Origin: Phoronis australis
Taxonomy: Eukaryota; Animalia; Phoronida
Assembly: GCA_002633005.1 (NCBI GenBank)
Contig: NMRA01000080.1
Span: forward strand, 150,133 to 214,132
DNA: 64,000 bases
Reading direction: 5' to 3'
Positions 48,864-61,492 of this stretch are shown in pieces (position 1 is the stretch's first letter; each line of letters opens with the position of its first letter). The translations under genes were made by a program, and so were the position numbers. The notes under the pieces were generated by a model that saw nothing but the letters and a program-made list of their open reading frames with translations, was not told where the DNA came from and made no database searches.

Positions 48864-51800
48864 TCAAGTAGATTCCGTCCCTCCTTCCTGGGATTTTTCC
48901 AGTTCCTCGTACTCGTCCTCGCCTTCAACGTCATTAGCGTTTGGCACCCACAGGCCAGAGTCGATGCACCGCTTCATGTGGTAACGTGCGTCCTCTTCGG
49001 GCAATTTTTCAATAGTCTTTTTTAGCAACTCGATGTCGCGCGATTCAAAGCACTTTTGAAGTTCCTGAAAGACAAGAAAACTATGAATACTTCAATCCAA
49101 AAATAGCAAACCAGATTCTGTAATCCATGAACTTGAGAGAAGGTTAAAAGTGATTCAGGCAAGAATGCCATGATATTATCCTCATGCATAACAATAATTA
49201 GTGCCATCACCACATCACATGACAAACTTTTTTAATCAAGTCTGAAGAAATACAATACTGCCAGTTTATGTGGCCGATTAGAAACAGTCCCAAGTAGGGA
49301 CTCCACTAAGTTCCCTAAACCTTCAGAGCATATGCGTCTTTGTTAATTAATGTTATGTTTTTGACCTATTATACCTTTATTATGAACTACTCTTTGACTA
49401 ATGACATTTTTAATAAAATATCTTCAAAAAGACCTCGTTTCAGTGTCCAAGAATAGGGACTCCATCCTTAAATTAGGTGTGCTGCATGAAAAGATCCCCG
49501 TTTATTTTCAATAACGTAGAGTTTACTCTCAGTCTGTATCGAAGCCAAAAATTGACGAAATTCAAAATAAAACGGCATAAGAAAGGACAATCAGTGTTTT
49601 CACAAGTTCACAATTGCCGTGAAAAGTTAAGGATCATACTAGTCGAGTCCCTATTTGGCAGTGTTTTATGCAAGCAGGGACTGATGGCTAGGACATTACA
49701 CTGGAACTTAGTCTGAAACAAGTCGAGAATAATTCCAGCGAGGTAACGTTACAAATCAAACATTGGACCAGTTTCATCAACAATAAAAACATCAACACCA
49801 TGTGACTAACATGTGATGAATAAATCTTCACACATTCACAACATAAACTACTGTCCACCCATTCCCAAGGCACAAAAACGTATCAAACCATTGAAAATTC
49901 AATAGGACCATACTCGCCTCGGGTAAAGATTCAAAGACCTCGGCAGGATCGAGTCCGCCAGGACCGATACGTTTCTGACGCTCCTCTTCCTCAATCTTCT
50001 GCATGTACGCCTCTATTCTGGCTTTTGCCCGGCCTCGCACTCTGTCCTTGAATGATTCCAGTTCATCATTGAAAGCGTCCATGTACTGTTTTTCACCCAT
50101 CTTTATCCTGGTGAGAAAAACGCTCACGACAAAAATAGTACTGGGGTTATATCAGATGATATCACAGTCTTCCATGGGCTAGTCACCCTGGGATTATCAA
50201 AGTTACCAGTAAAATTCACAAAAATTTGACACAACTAGCTCCAACTGAGTGGTAAATGAACAAACATCGTTAAGCCTTGTTACAATTTAAGTAAGAGTCC
50301 TATTCAAGGCATTTCTTGGCCGTTTACAAGCAGCAAGTTTTTAGTGCGGGCTCACATGTTCTAAGACTTTGGTAAGACAGCACCTGTATGTAGATGCTGT
50401 AATAACCAGATGAAATTCTATACAACCAAGCGGTGCCCTTAATGCACCTACACTGAACAAAACAGAAAATCGATTCAGTGTAAGGCCTGTTTTTATGAAA
50501 GTGTGACGTGAGGCTTTATAAAAAACTGTAGCTCAGTCTTAGGTTGGTTCCCAATGACACCTAGTGAAAGCCTTGGAGTCTTTACCCTCACATATACGCA
50601 CAAGTGGTGAATATTCTTAGCTATAAAAATGAAACATTAAGCTACTAACAATGACAATCTTACTTGAATGAAGAAATCAAAAAGTCATGATGTTATAATG
50701 AGCACCTTCTTCAAAACAGAAGTATTAGAAATAAATGCTCACGAGCAGTTAATGAAAATGAGTGGTCACCAACAGGACACAAGTTCACATGACAGTAAAA
50801 CAAACCTCCATGCTTCTGGCATTACCTTTTGAAAAACTGCCCAATACAACTACGGGGGTTAATGTCAAGCTGCTTGGCTAACTCCAGTATGAACTGCATC
50901 ATAATGGTCTGATGCGAGACGTGCGCCATTAAGTCGCGTTTCTGAAACCACAATACAATGGTACATAATAACCTACTCTCGGATCAAAATTCAAATAGTC
51001 ATAACTACTATTCTCCATGGGCACTGTGAGCTTACGATAACCAAGTGAGAAATCTTTGGTTAGTCAGGTAATTTAGCCCACAGGCACTCCCATGCATATG
51101 AACGGCTTTTGCGATGCAGTGCTTTGAAATGCGCCTGCAATTGCACTGCAAACAGTATGCTTCTAGGGGTGTTTATTGGTATCATAAAGTGGCCATAAGA
51201 TAGCATAACAAGCCGTACTTTGCAAAAAATGGGAAGGCGCCATCGTTGTCAGAATAAAAACAAATTGCCAAAATATGACACACTACCGTAGCATTAGAAT
51301 TTTCAAAATTTCATCTGTCCGCAAGTTGTCAACGTCATATAAATAAACTCGCAAATTTAATAAAGATACTGCAGCCATGGATGCGAAAAAAATTCCACTA
51401 GAAGGCACCACAGTGATCAAAGGTCATCCGAAAATCATCATTAAGCAATGATGAGTAGAATATTTATTGCAATAACTCAGCATTGTTGACAAAACCGTAG
51501 CGATAATTTCTTTAGTCAGGGGTAGACAAAGAATTAGAATTCCAGTAAACACTCTGGTGCAAAACACTGCAGATTTTGATTTAGTTTAGCCAGAATAGAA
51601 ACAGATTATTGTCATAATGTAGTCTAATTTACCTACCTCCTCCACTTCTAAGTCAATACACCAGATTACAAGAAAGTTGGCCGTCTCCTCACACACCAGC
51701 TCAGGATGTTCCTGCAGAAAGTGCTGGCTATCATCGTACTTCCGGAACATTCCGTACTTCTTCATCAATGGTTTGTACTTCTCCTCATGCTCCTGCTGAC

Positions 51801-54800
51801 GTTTTGCCTTCTCTTCGTCCGTTAGCACTTCCTTTTTCCGTGGCTCAGTCTTATTGATAATCTGCGGTTCACAATGTTACAAGAGCAATGTGGAATGTTA
51901 AATTGCACCCACCACTGCAACGCAGTGATTCTAGGGATGTTTTTACTATTATAAAAATGGCCACTAGATGGCGCAGAATCTTTCAAACGCATCTGAAAAT
52001 GGGAAGGAGTTGTCGTCTCCTAAATGGAAAGCTATTTGTTAAATTTCATGAGAATCTGTCACGAATTAGAGGTGAACATGAAAAACAAAACTTGCCATTA
52101 GGAGGCACGGCATCTTTCGTTACGTTACATGTGTAATAGGAAAATTACAGTTGTAACACTTCCAAAGAATCTTGAAAGAGGGTTTAAGACATACAGCCAT
52201 AGACACAAAAACGGGGCACAAGAGTAGTTGAACCCATTTGAAAATGTGTTAGTTGTGCTCTTGTCAGTTGGAATACATCTGCCATTTTTCAATGATCTGT
52301 GGTCAGCTCAATAGAAACACATCTGCCAAATTTCAGCCTTGGACGTAAAAAACAAAATACCAGAGTACTCAAACCCATTTGAAAACGAATGTCAGCTGCG
52401 GTCTCTTCATTAGGAACACATCTGCCAACTATAATAACGATTCTTAAAGAGATTTGGCAGATAGAAAGGTGGATGCCAAAAACTGACTCAAAAATTTTTT
52501 AAAAAAGCCAATTGGTGGCATAGAATTGCCAAAGCCGTCCAATAATGAAAAGGTGTCATCATCTCCTTAATTTCATGAAAATCCATCCAAGAACTCCAAA
52601 GATACAGAGGTAACCGTAAAAAACAAAAATTGCCACTAGAGGACACAGCGATGATTGGATCGGTGCAAAATTCGTTGTTATCCATTGTTAGCTTCATAGG
52701 AACATATTTTCCAAATCTCATTAAGATCCTACGAGGGGTTCAGGAGACGCAACAGCGTATGACCGATGCCAGTCACAGTATGCACAAAGATAATGGCAAT
52801 ATGCACCAGCCAAAACATAAAAATGTGGGCATATAAAACTACGTTACCAAATCTATGAAAGTGGCAGAGTTGCCACAGTTTCGAGTTCTTAACTGTAGAA
52901 CCAAATACTACTTGCTAACCTGAGCCCAATTACACATTTGGTATTGCAAATGTTAGATCTTCTAAATTCAGGTACCCATCTGGTACCTTCTATAAAATAA
53001 TTGATTTTAGAGCCGTGACCCTGAAATTCCCAAATACAACCTAAAACATACCGGGTGTATTATCCTTGTGTTGTTTCATTTGTCCCCAATAATCTTAAGA
53101 CATTGTTAGTTACAAGCAGCAAGATATTGGAGACTTTTTTACAGTTGGACATTTGTGAAATATATACACATATGTGTATGTGCCAATTCTGTTTTCATTC
53201 GTTGCCATCACACTCCCTTTACTATACGTTGTAATGTGACATCTCATCTACATGTCGTGATTTTCTACGTCTCAAAAATATGTACAAGGTAAAGTCTTTA
53301 AAGTCAACCAAGATGAAAGCAGACAGCAATTGCATCTAGCAATGACTACGTTTGGCAAAAATGCTTGTCCTAAAACTTAAAGCAAAGTTTAATAAGATAA
53401 CTACTCACAGTTTTAGACTTCCCATCATGACAAATTGTGTCGATATTCAGAGGTGTTAACTGAAAAATAAAAAACAAATTAAACATCGTTGTAAGTCTGT
53501 TTGAAGAATCCATTCGCTTTTCAAGTATCGATTTACTATTACACAGAAGGGTCGCAAAAGCTCAATTTGCCTGTGATATGTTTGTTGCTCAATGCTTGTT
53601 GGTTCTGGGCTGAAAAATACTTCGGAACTTTTCTTCAAGACAAACACCAAACATACTCAGAAAAGCAACAAGTAAATTACAAGTCCCAATACAAAAAAGG
53701 TATGGTACTATGCTTAGCTGCACAAATGTGGTAGAATAGAAATGCCTTTTCCAACTTGCTCGCACCTCATGCAGCCGTGCACCTTGCTTTAGGAAGATTA
53801 AACAACAGCTAAGTTATTATTAAGTACTTTAATTTCTGTACAAATAATCAGGCCTTTTAGTGAAACTCAAACTGAAATTTTGATATTTCAAGCAACTTAT
53901 TAGAATAAAGTGGAAACAAACTTGAGCTTTCTGTCAAAAAAGTTTTAGTTCAAGCCATTTACAGTCATAAAATCGTCTCAAGTCATTCCTCAGTCAAAAT
54001 AGGGGCAATTTCTGGGCTTGAAAAGAGATGACGGTTTGTTATTTGTCCAAAACGCACTCATAAAATTTCGCGTGACTTGAAATTTGATGGGCCTGGTCTC
54101 AAGTAATAATAAACTATCATTACTTCACCAGTCCAGAGACCATGGAAAGTGACCTAAATTAAGGCTTGTTTTTTGACACAAAGCACAATTTTAATGCAAT
54201 TTTGAGCACACCTCAAGGCTCTATCATTGAATAAGTTGAACTTCACTCAGATGAAATCATTATTCCATTCTAAATGATTTAGTTTTCCAACACCCACAAG
54301 AGCGGTGGTCTTGATAAAGATATTGACCACTTCAGCCACTCCTCTAGCTATTCCAATTTCCTCCCTTTTTCATTTTCTCTTATACTTTTGAACAAATTGG
54401 TATAGGGGGGCTTTTGTGCCATTTGTCTTCATACCTGAGGAGAGCCGTTCCTATTACTAAAACCTCAAAAGCTGTACCAGATTTTACAATGTTTTGTCAG
54501 TTTCTATATTGTCCCCGTTTATCGCATTTTACTTTTATCTCATTCCAATTAGCATTTTAAGACCTTAGATTACAGCTAGATACGGGCCAAAACTTGCCAA
54601 GAAACCAAATGCAAATTGGTATAGAACTCATCAGCATGACTTAATCAAAATATACCAAAGAAACTTATCTTGAGGTCTCAGTACAGCAGCATAACTAAAA
54701 CTAAGACACTCACAACGAAACAGCACAAAAACATGTTAACAGTTCAACACTACAGCATTACAACTTTCTCTCCTTCAGTGTGACTCATAGCATTCAATTA

Positions 54801-57800
54801 CGTTGCAGCAACTAATAAGAGTCTGGACTGTGTGAGGAAACCCTTTAGCACTGACTAATTGCTGTGCCTTTTGTTTGATAATTGCCCAAACACTGGCTCA
54901 CACCTTACCCACAGGTTGTCCTTAAATGGATAATTGGTGTTAGGTAACTCCTTAGAAACCTGGTATATGTGGCTTGCATGACTACCTGGACCCATTTACA
55001 ATGGGATAGATCAACTTCTTCCATCTTCAGCAGGGCTCCGTAATGTGGAAGACCACTGAATGAGAAAAAGTTATGTAATAGCTAATGAGATGTGAAGCAC
55101 CTTTTCTTTCTGCTTCAACTCAGCTTCTTTTTTTCTCCAATGTTCTTCCTGTTTTTCCACCTCGCTCATCTCCAACTTCAGTTTCTCGACTTGATCAGTC
55201 ATGTTTTGAGCCTATTTCGAATGGAATAAAATGAATCGTCAATGAAAAGTTTTCAAGCACTAGTGAGACAAACGCAAAAGGGTGAATAAGAAAGCCATCA
55301 AAACTACACTTATTTAGCACATCACTTTATTTCTAGCAATTTACACCGAGCTTTCTTCAGGTGAGGTAACAATAGTTGACAAATTCTCAAAATTTCTCAA
55401 TAAACTCAAGTTCTTAAGAAAATCTTCCTTTGTTATTATCTTGGCTTCACAGACCAACTGTCAATAAACAACTTTTTGTATGAACTTGAGAACTGGAGAC
55501 CATTAAGTCTTTACAAAACAGAAAAATAACAGCAATTTTAACAATCGTTTTTGTCTCAAACTGAAGATTCTTTATCTGAGAGACATCAGTAATGACATCC
55601 CAAAATGAAAGCAACAATGTTCACTTTTAACACTACATAACTCACAATGGGGAACTTGAGGGCCTACCCACACACATGCAGCCTGCATCTCACAAGCATC
55701 CCCATGCTGAAGACTACTGCTTTCTATTTTCAATCTATTCAAATGTTAAAAAGAGATACCTTTCTTTATTAGCATCGCTTTGTCATAACCAAATCGTCAA
55801 TTATGCAAACGGTAATACTGAGACCATAAAATGTGCGAAATTTCAAAAGGGTTCTTCAAGCAAGCAAAAAATAATTGCAGGCGGTCAGGTACAGGATTTA
55901 CCAAACGTGCACAGGCCGCACATGTGGGTCCATTACACTGATCACCTGGTATATAGTTAAAACCCATCAGTGTGTCCAGCGGGACTCAAACCCATGACTT
56001 TGAGTAGAGGAAGTGGACACTTATCCTACTACACCACCCTGCCACCTACTTCAAGCAACAAAGAAGCATTTGTTGTATATACAATCATTGCTGTATAATA
56101 TTCTACCAGGTTTACTATCCAACAGGTAATTGTGACCAATTAGAACTAATCATTCCTACATGTACTCACAAAGGTATATAATAATGGTGACATAATTGTG
56201 CTTTTATGTCAAATTATTCATGTACAGTGTGATACAACTATAATCAGACAAAATACCCTGTAATGGTGGCTAATTCCCTTAGCAACAAAAGTGGCGGACT
56301 CATCAGTGGGACAAATCTTAATTACAAAATGGCGTTTCTACCATGACAACTTCTGGGTATATTCCTCGTCATTCCCCAGCATGACAGATGGCTATTTGTG
56401 ACAAGGAAATCCACTAGAGTCCACCATCGTGATGCAAATTTCTCAGGCTTTTTCTCTGGACTCTGTTTTCTTTTGCTGTGCAGACAATACTTGTCTACTA
56501 TTTAAAGTAATGAACACTTTAAACGAAAATAGAGTCTTACATCTGCTTCCCTCAACTTTTGCTTCACTTCCTGTGCCTTTGTGATGTTGCTATAAGAAAC
56601 AAACGATGATAAAAGTTTAACGATGAAACGCAAAACATAAACTAAACGGCAAATATGGATATCAAACAATAAACAAAATACACAAAAACGAGTTTGAGTC
56701 TTATTGACAATCTACTCGACTAAATCACAGACGGCTATTCTGTAATGCCATCCGACCAATGGAAAACAGAATTAATCATGATGGGAAATCGCCGCAGTCG
56801 GCTTGATGTAATGTAACTTCACTTTTCCCATCCATCCATCAGAATTCATAAACCGTAACGTTGGCCCCACTGTACGTTCTCCTTCCCCATCATCGTCAGT
56901 GCGTGACCAGAGTGACTGGCTGGTCCATACTGACCATTTCTTGCATAGAGTGGCATGAAAATACCAAGAAATGAGATCATCCATATTACCGCCAATTGGA
57001 AAGGTGCAGTTGGAGAGAACATGTGAATAAGGATACTGTCAAATGAGCAGTCTACTGGAGTACACTATATGGTGGCTGCTCCCAAAGCGCTTCTGGTTGT
57101 TTACTTGTGTTACAAGCTACTTCACAGTCATTGCATAGTTCATCAGTCCATTCAAGTCCTCATCTTTGCATACTTACAAAGGAGTCATCACTAGAATAAT
57201 ATTTCTTTTATCATAGTTCGGCCAACTTAAACAGAGTGCATATTATTGGTTCGTACAAGTGTGTACAGTAATTAATTACCAATTCAGTTTTACTTCACCA
57301 TACTTCTGACTGAAGATGAGACATGACCAGTTACAAACATTTGTACCACACCTGTACACAGGAGTACAGCAATTACGCACACTGTGAATGTTTGCAAGCT
57401 TGCACCAACTTACAAGACAACAATGCCATGTGTTTAACCAGTATTGTTTGATCAGAGGCAGTGAACTTTATTTTCAGAGAACAAAAATATTGAAACATAC
57501 GTTTTCTTTTCCTCTTCTAGTTTCTGCTTTTCCACCTCATGTTCCCTCATCCTTTCTAGTCGAGCTTGGTGACGCCATCGGAAAAGACTTCCTGTGTCCA
57601 CATTAGGATGCGTGTCATCTTCGTCGTCTGAGATCTGAGGATACACAACTTATTTAGTAAATACACACAATTCTGAACTTGTTAGGCTTTCTGGTTTTCA
57701 GTACATTTCCACTCTAAAGTTACCGCTAGCTCCCAACAATAATCATCAGATGGTAGGTAACTCATGAGGACTACCATCGCATCTTCAGAGGGCAACGCCG

Positions 57801-59493
57801 GTGTAACAACACTGGTTGATGCTGAGTAATACTCAAGCAGTCGAAGCACACGTAATTTTCAGGAGGCATAATTTCCACTAGCTATCTAACTAACTGTGTA
57901 TGACTGAGCATCAAAACACAGTAGGCAAATGATGTGAGAAAAATTGAGGAACAAAGTTCTCTTTTTCAGTTTGCCACTGGTCTATTAACTTGAAGTCCTC
58001 TTGCAAGCAAACTGAAATCAAAAGCTTGCACACCTAACTGAGAGTATGTTTTCAAAACTCTGGCATTCAAATATGACACCAACCTGGTCTGTTACGGATG
58101 TTTAAAATAAGAAACGCAATCTGACAAATGTCATTTTCTTACATCACTCCTCCACATTTGTAACAAAGAAGCCAGGTGTAAATTTTCATATAGTATGCTC
58201 GAGACACCCGCACGTGACATTTGCTCAATTTTTGATCTGTGACATCTTTGGGAGACGACAACAACTTCACTGAACCAAAATGCCTTCAGTATTTTGGGTT
58301 CGCATGGTAGTAAAGTACTCAAAATTACTAACAAAGTGCAACCACCTCTGGTAATTTGCTGTGAACTTGGAGCAATTGTAGATCCAACAATTACTAAAAA
58401 CAGAAACTGACTAACAGACACAGGCATCCTCAACTTCTGACCGTCTCCAACACACTATATAGAATACTACAAGCTATGACACTCCCGACTAGAAATTCCA
58501 CGTGTGCTTCACTTCATTCGTCCATAGCAAACACAAAACTCTATAAATTTACACAACAGGAGTTCAACAAACCATGAGAAATTATTCTTTCTGCCTATAC
58601 CAGTTAGTGTCCTGCTCCACCGAGTTTGCAACAAATTCGCTGTCAAAGAACAAAAAAAATTCTCAAAAAGTTGCTGCGAACTAGCAATATGCTTCACGCG
58701 GTCAATCAGGTAGGGCGGAATAATCTGATGAGTTACGAATCGATGACAATTGCCGGTTCATCACGAAAGGTTTCGTGACCTTCCGTGACAAACCGGCAAT
58801 TTCCGTGTAGCATATTGCTGGTGCGCAGCGACTTTTTGGGAAGATTTTTGTGCTTTGACCGCAAATTTGTAGCGAACTCGGTGGAGCTGGACATTGTAAA
58901 TGGTATTGGCAGAAAGAACAATTCTCATGGTTTGTTGAACCTCTGTTTTTTGAAAATTTATTGAGTTTTGTGTTTGCTATGGTCGGCTGAAGTGAAGCAC
59001 CTGTGGAATTTCTAGTCCCGAGTGTCATAGCTTGTAGTATATATAGTGTATTGCGGATGATCAGAAGCTGAGGACGCCTGTGCTAACATATACCTCTCAT
59101 TTTCATGGCACTCAAAGTTGACGCATTTGATCGTCCCACAAACATAACTGCAGGAATAACAGACTAACGCCATTCTTTTCGCATCCGTAATCAAATTAAA
59201 GTAACCAAGGAAGGGTGTGTTTTTAATGACAATAACGTTGCGCAAGACTTTCTTTAGTTCAATATTACCCAGATCAGCCTAGCATGGCATTCTGCTAACG
59301 ACAAAATACGACAGACTTTCACATTCACACTTTTACCCCTTGGCACCAAGGCTAGATTCCATGCGTGTTCCTGGATATTCAGGAAAACGAGTGACTAAAA
59401 CAATAGCCTTGAGATTGAAGTTATTGGTTGGTAATTAAAATCGCATAAAATTACCTCAATGTGATCCCATTTACTGTAGTCTATTCGTGACAT
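48864..59493 (-). CDS. CDC37: Hsp90 co-chaperone Cdc37, 9 exons, ~371 aa
   Basis: Exons (minus): 59493-59455, 57634-57501, 56589-56541, 55211-55101, 53459-53409, 51861-51637, 50941-50826, 50107-49918, 49064-48864. They total 1116 nt in frame. Motifs: [105 protein letters not shown]. Confidence 0.96.
49065..49917 (-). other. GC-AG intron (last intron of CDC37)
   Basis: Donor GAG|GCGAGT. Only this site restores the conserved ESLPE|ELQKCF; the GT 4 nt downstream would frameshift. Confidence 0.85.
55870..56040 (-). mobile_element. Decayed tRNA-derived SINE in a CDC37 intron
   Basis: The minus strand reads ggtggtgtagtaggataag...gggtttgagtcccgctgg, giving degenerate A and B boxes at tRNA spacing followed by a non-tRNA body. 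Confidence 0.55.
58452..59049. mobile_element. Foldback MITE with ~245 bp inverted arms in CDC37 intron 1
   Basis: 58452-58699 is the imperfect reverse complement of 58804-59049. This explains the paired spurious ORFs 58509..58697 and 58733..58921. Confidence 0.88.
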
Positions 59494-59805
59494 TCTACGT
59501 TGTTTATCGTGCACTGCACAACACCCGGAAAAGATGAATGTAGGAACGCGGTTTTCAATACTCTGATCGCCAATTGGTCGAATCTCTGTTGGTCCCAGAC
59601 AAAATCACGTATGGAATCTGGAATCCAAAATCAGTATCTAAAATGCCACGGCGGGACCGGAGACTTGGCGGTCAGGCAATCACTTCAGTTTCGAAGAAAG
59701 AGGGAGAAGAATAGGAAGTCATTCTTGTTGTAGGCCTACGTATATGAATACCTACGTGCACTCGGACCGTGTATTTCTTCCACTTTCTCAACGCAAAAAA
59801 ATCTA

Positions 59806-61492
59806 CTGACTCTGACTCGGACTCTAGGCATTGTCCATCCACTGCAGTAGCTCTCCGACAATGCCTTTCAATTTGTTTGTCTCTTGCCGCTCTCATCCAC
59901 GTTGCGCCTCTCGTCATCACGATGTCATCTCTCCATCTGGCTTGGGACCGTCCTCTTGATCTCCGACTTTCCATTTCTGGGTTGCCACTCTGTGCATCTT
60001 TTTGTCCATTATTGTCCTGTGCTGTGTCGACGTGTCAGCCCCACCTCCATTTCAATTTCAGAATTGTCTTGATTATGTCCATAACTCCTGTTTGTTTCCT
60101 TATCTCTGTGTGTGGAATTCTGTCTAGTAGCTTTATTCCAAGCATTTTTCTCTCCATTGCTCTCTGTGTTGTTCTTCAAGTTAGCTTTTAGTTGGCAATT
60201 GTCCGTTTGTTAAGGTCCATGTTTGGCATCCATAGCCTGGGTGATTGTGGGGATGATGCACTGGTCAAATACTTTTCTTTTCAGGGATATGGGTATGTTC
60301 TTATCTTGAAATATTTCTCTGTTTTTTTCCAAAGCAACTCCATCCAGTTCTTATTCGGATTTGTATTTCATTGGTCATACGGTTTCCCATTTGTATAGTT
60401 TGTCCCAGTCATTTATTGTGTACACTCTTTCAATGATCTTGTTCTCCACCATTACTTGTCCATCTGTTTCAAAATTTGTCATGTACTTTGTCTTGTCCTT
60501 GTGTATCTTTAATGCCACATTGTTGCTTTCTTCATTTAGTATATTTAAATTTGTTTCTATTTGTATTATGTGTCTTCTGTGCACAAAGCAACATCATTTG
60601 CAAATCTTAGGTCTGTTAGATGTTCTCCGTCTAGGCTATGTTTACTCCCCTTTGAAGGTCTGAAAATTTGAAGATTTCTTCCATTGTCAGTGTAAACAGT
60701 TTAGGTGAAATTGGGTCTCCCTGTCTAACTCCTTTCTCCTGAATCTTTCACTGAGAGACGTGGTTGTCGATGTGTATTCTTGCGGTGGCATCTGTATATA
60801 TATTTTGCAGCAGTTTTACACGTGTTTCATTTATGTTGATGTCTTTTAGGGCTTCAATGATGGCAAAGTGTTCAGTTGAATCAAAAGCATTTTCATAGTC
60901 TATGAAACCAACACACAGTGGCAGATTAAATTCGGTACATTTTTCAATAGTTTGTCCAAGGGCTTGCACATGGTCTGTTATTGAGTAACTCTTTCTAAAC
61001 CCTGCTTGTTCTCGGGGTTGGTTCTCATCCAGTTGTTTCTCCATTCTATTTTGTAATAGCCTTGTGAAGAGTTTGTATGTATGAGCTAATAAGCTTATGG
61101 GTCTATAGTTCTTTATGTGACTTCGGTCTCCTTTTTTAAATAATATTATTTTTGCTTCTTTCCAGCATTCTGGGATGTTTTGGGTCCTTAGATTTACTTT
61201 GAATGCTTTTGTCAAGTATCTGATTGTTTCTTGTCCTCCTGCCGAAATTATATCGCTTGTAATATCATCATTTCTCGGTGCTTTTCTTTTCTTCATCCTT
61301 CTGCGGGTATGTTCTACTTCCTCCTCAGTGAAAGGTGGTGCTTGTTCTGTGTCTAGATTCCTTGTTCCCATCTTTTCTGGTGGATTCATCGTTTTCTCAT
61401 GTAGAATTTTTTAGAAATCGGCACGTATTTTGAGTATTTCTTCTCTGTTGTTTGTTATTTCCCCGTTAGAGTTTCGAATTTTTGATATCTTC
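59806..61492 (-). mobile_element. Decayed RTE-clade LINE, 5'-truncated
   Basis: RT motifs NYRPISLL, QPREQAGFRK, FIDYENAFDS and GVRQGDPISPKLF. C-terminus RSRGRSQARWRDDI..WMRAARD. A (GAGTCM)n short-repeat tail lies at ~59826-59806. Frameshifted. Confidence 0.92.
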
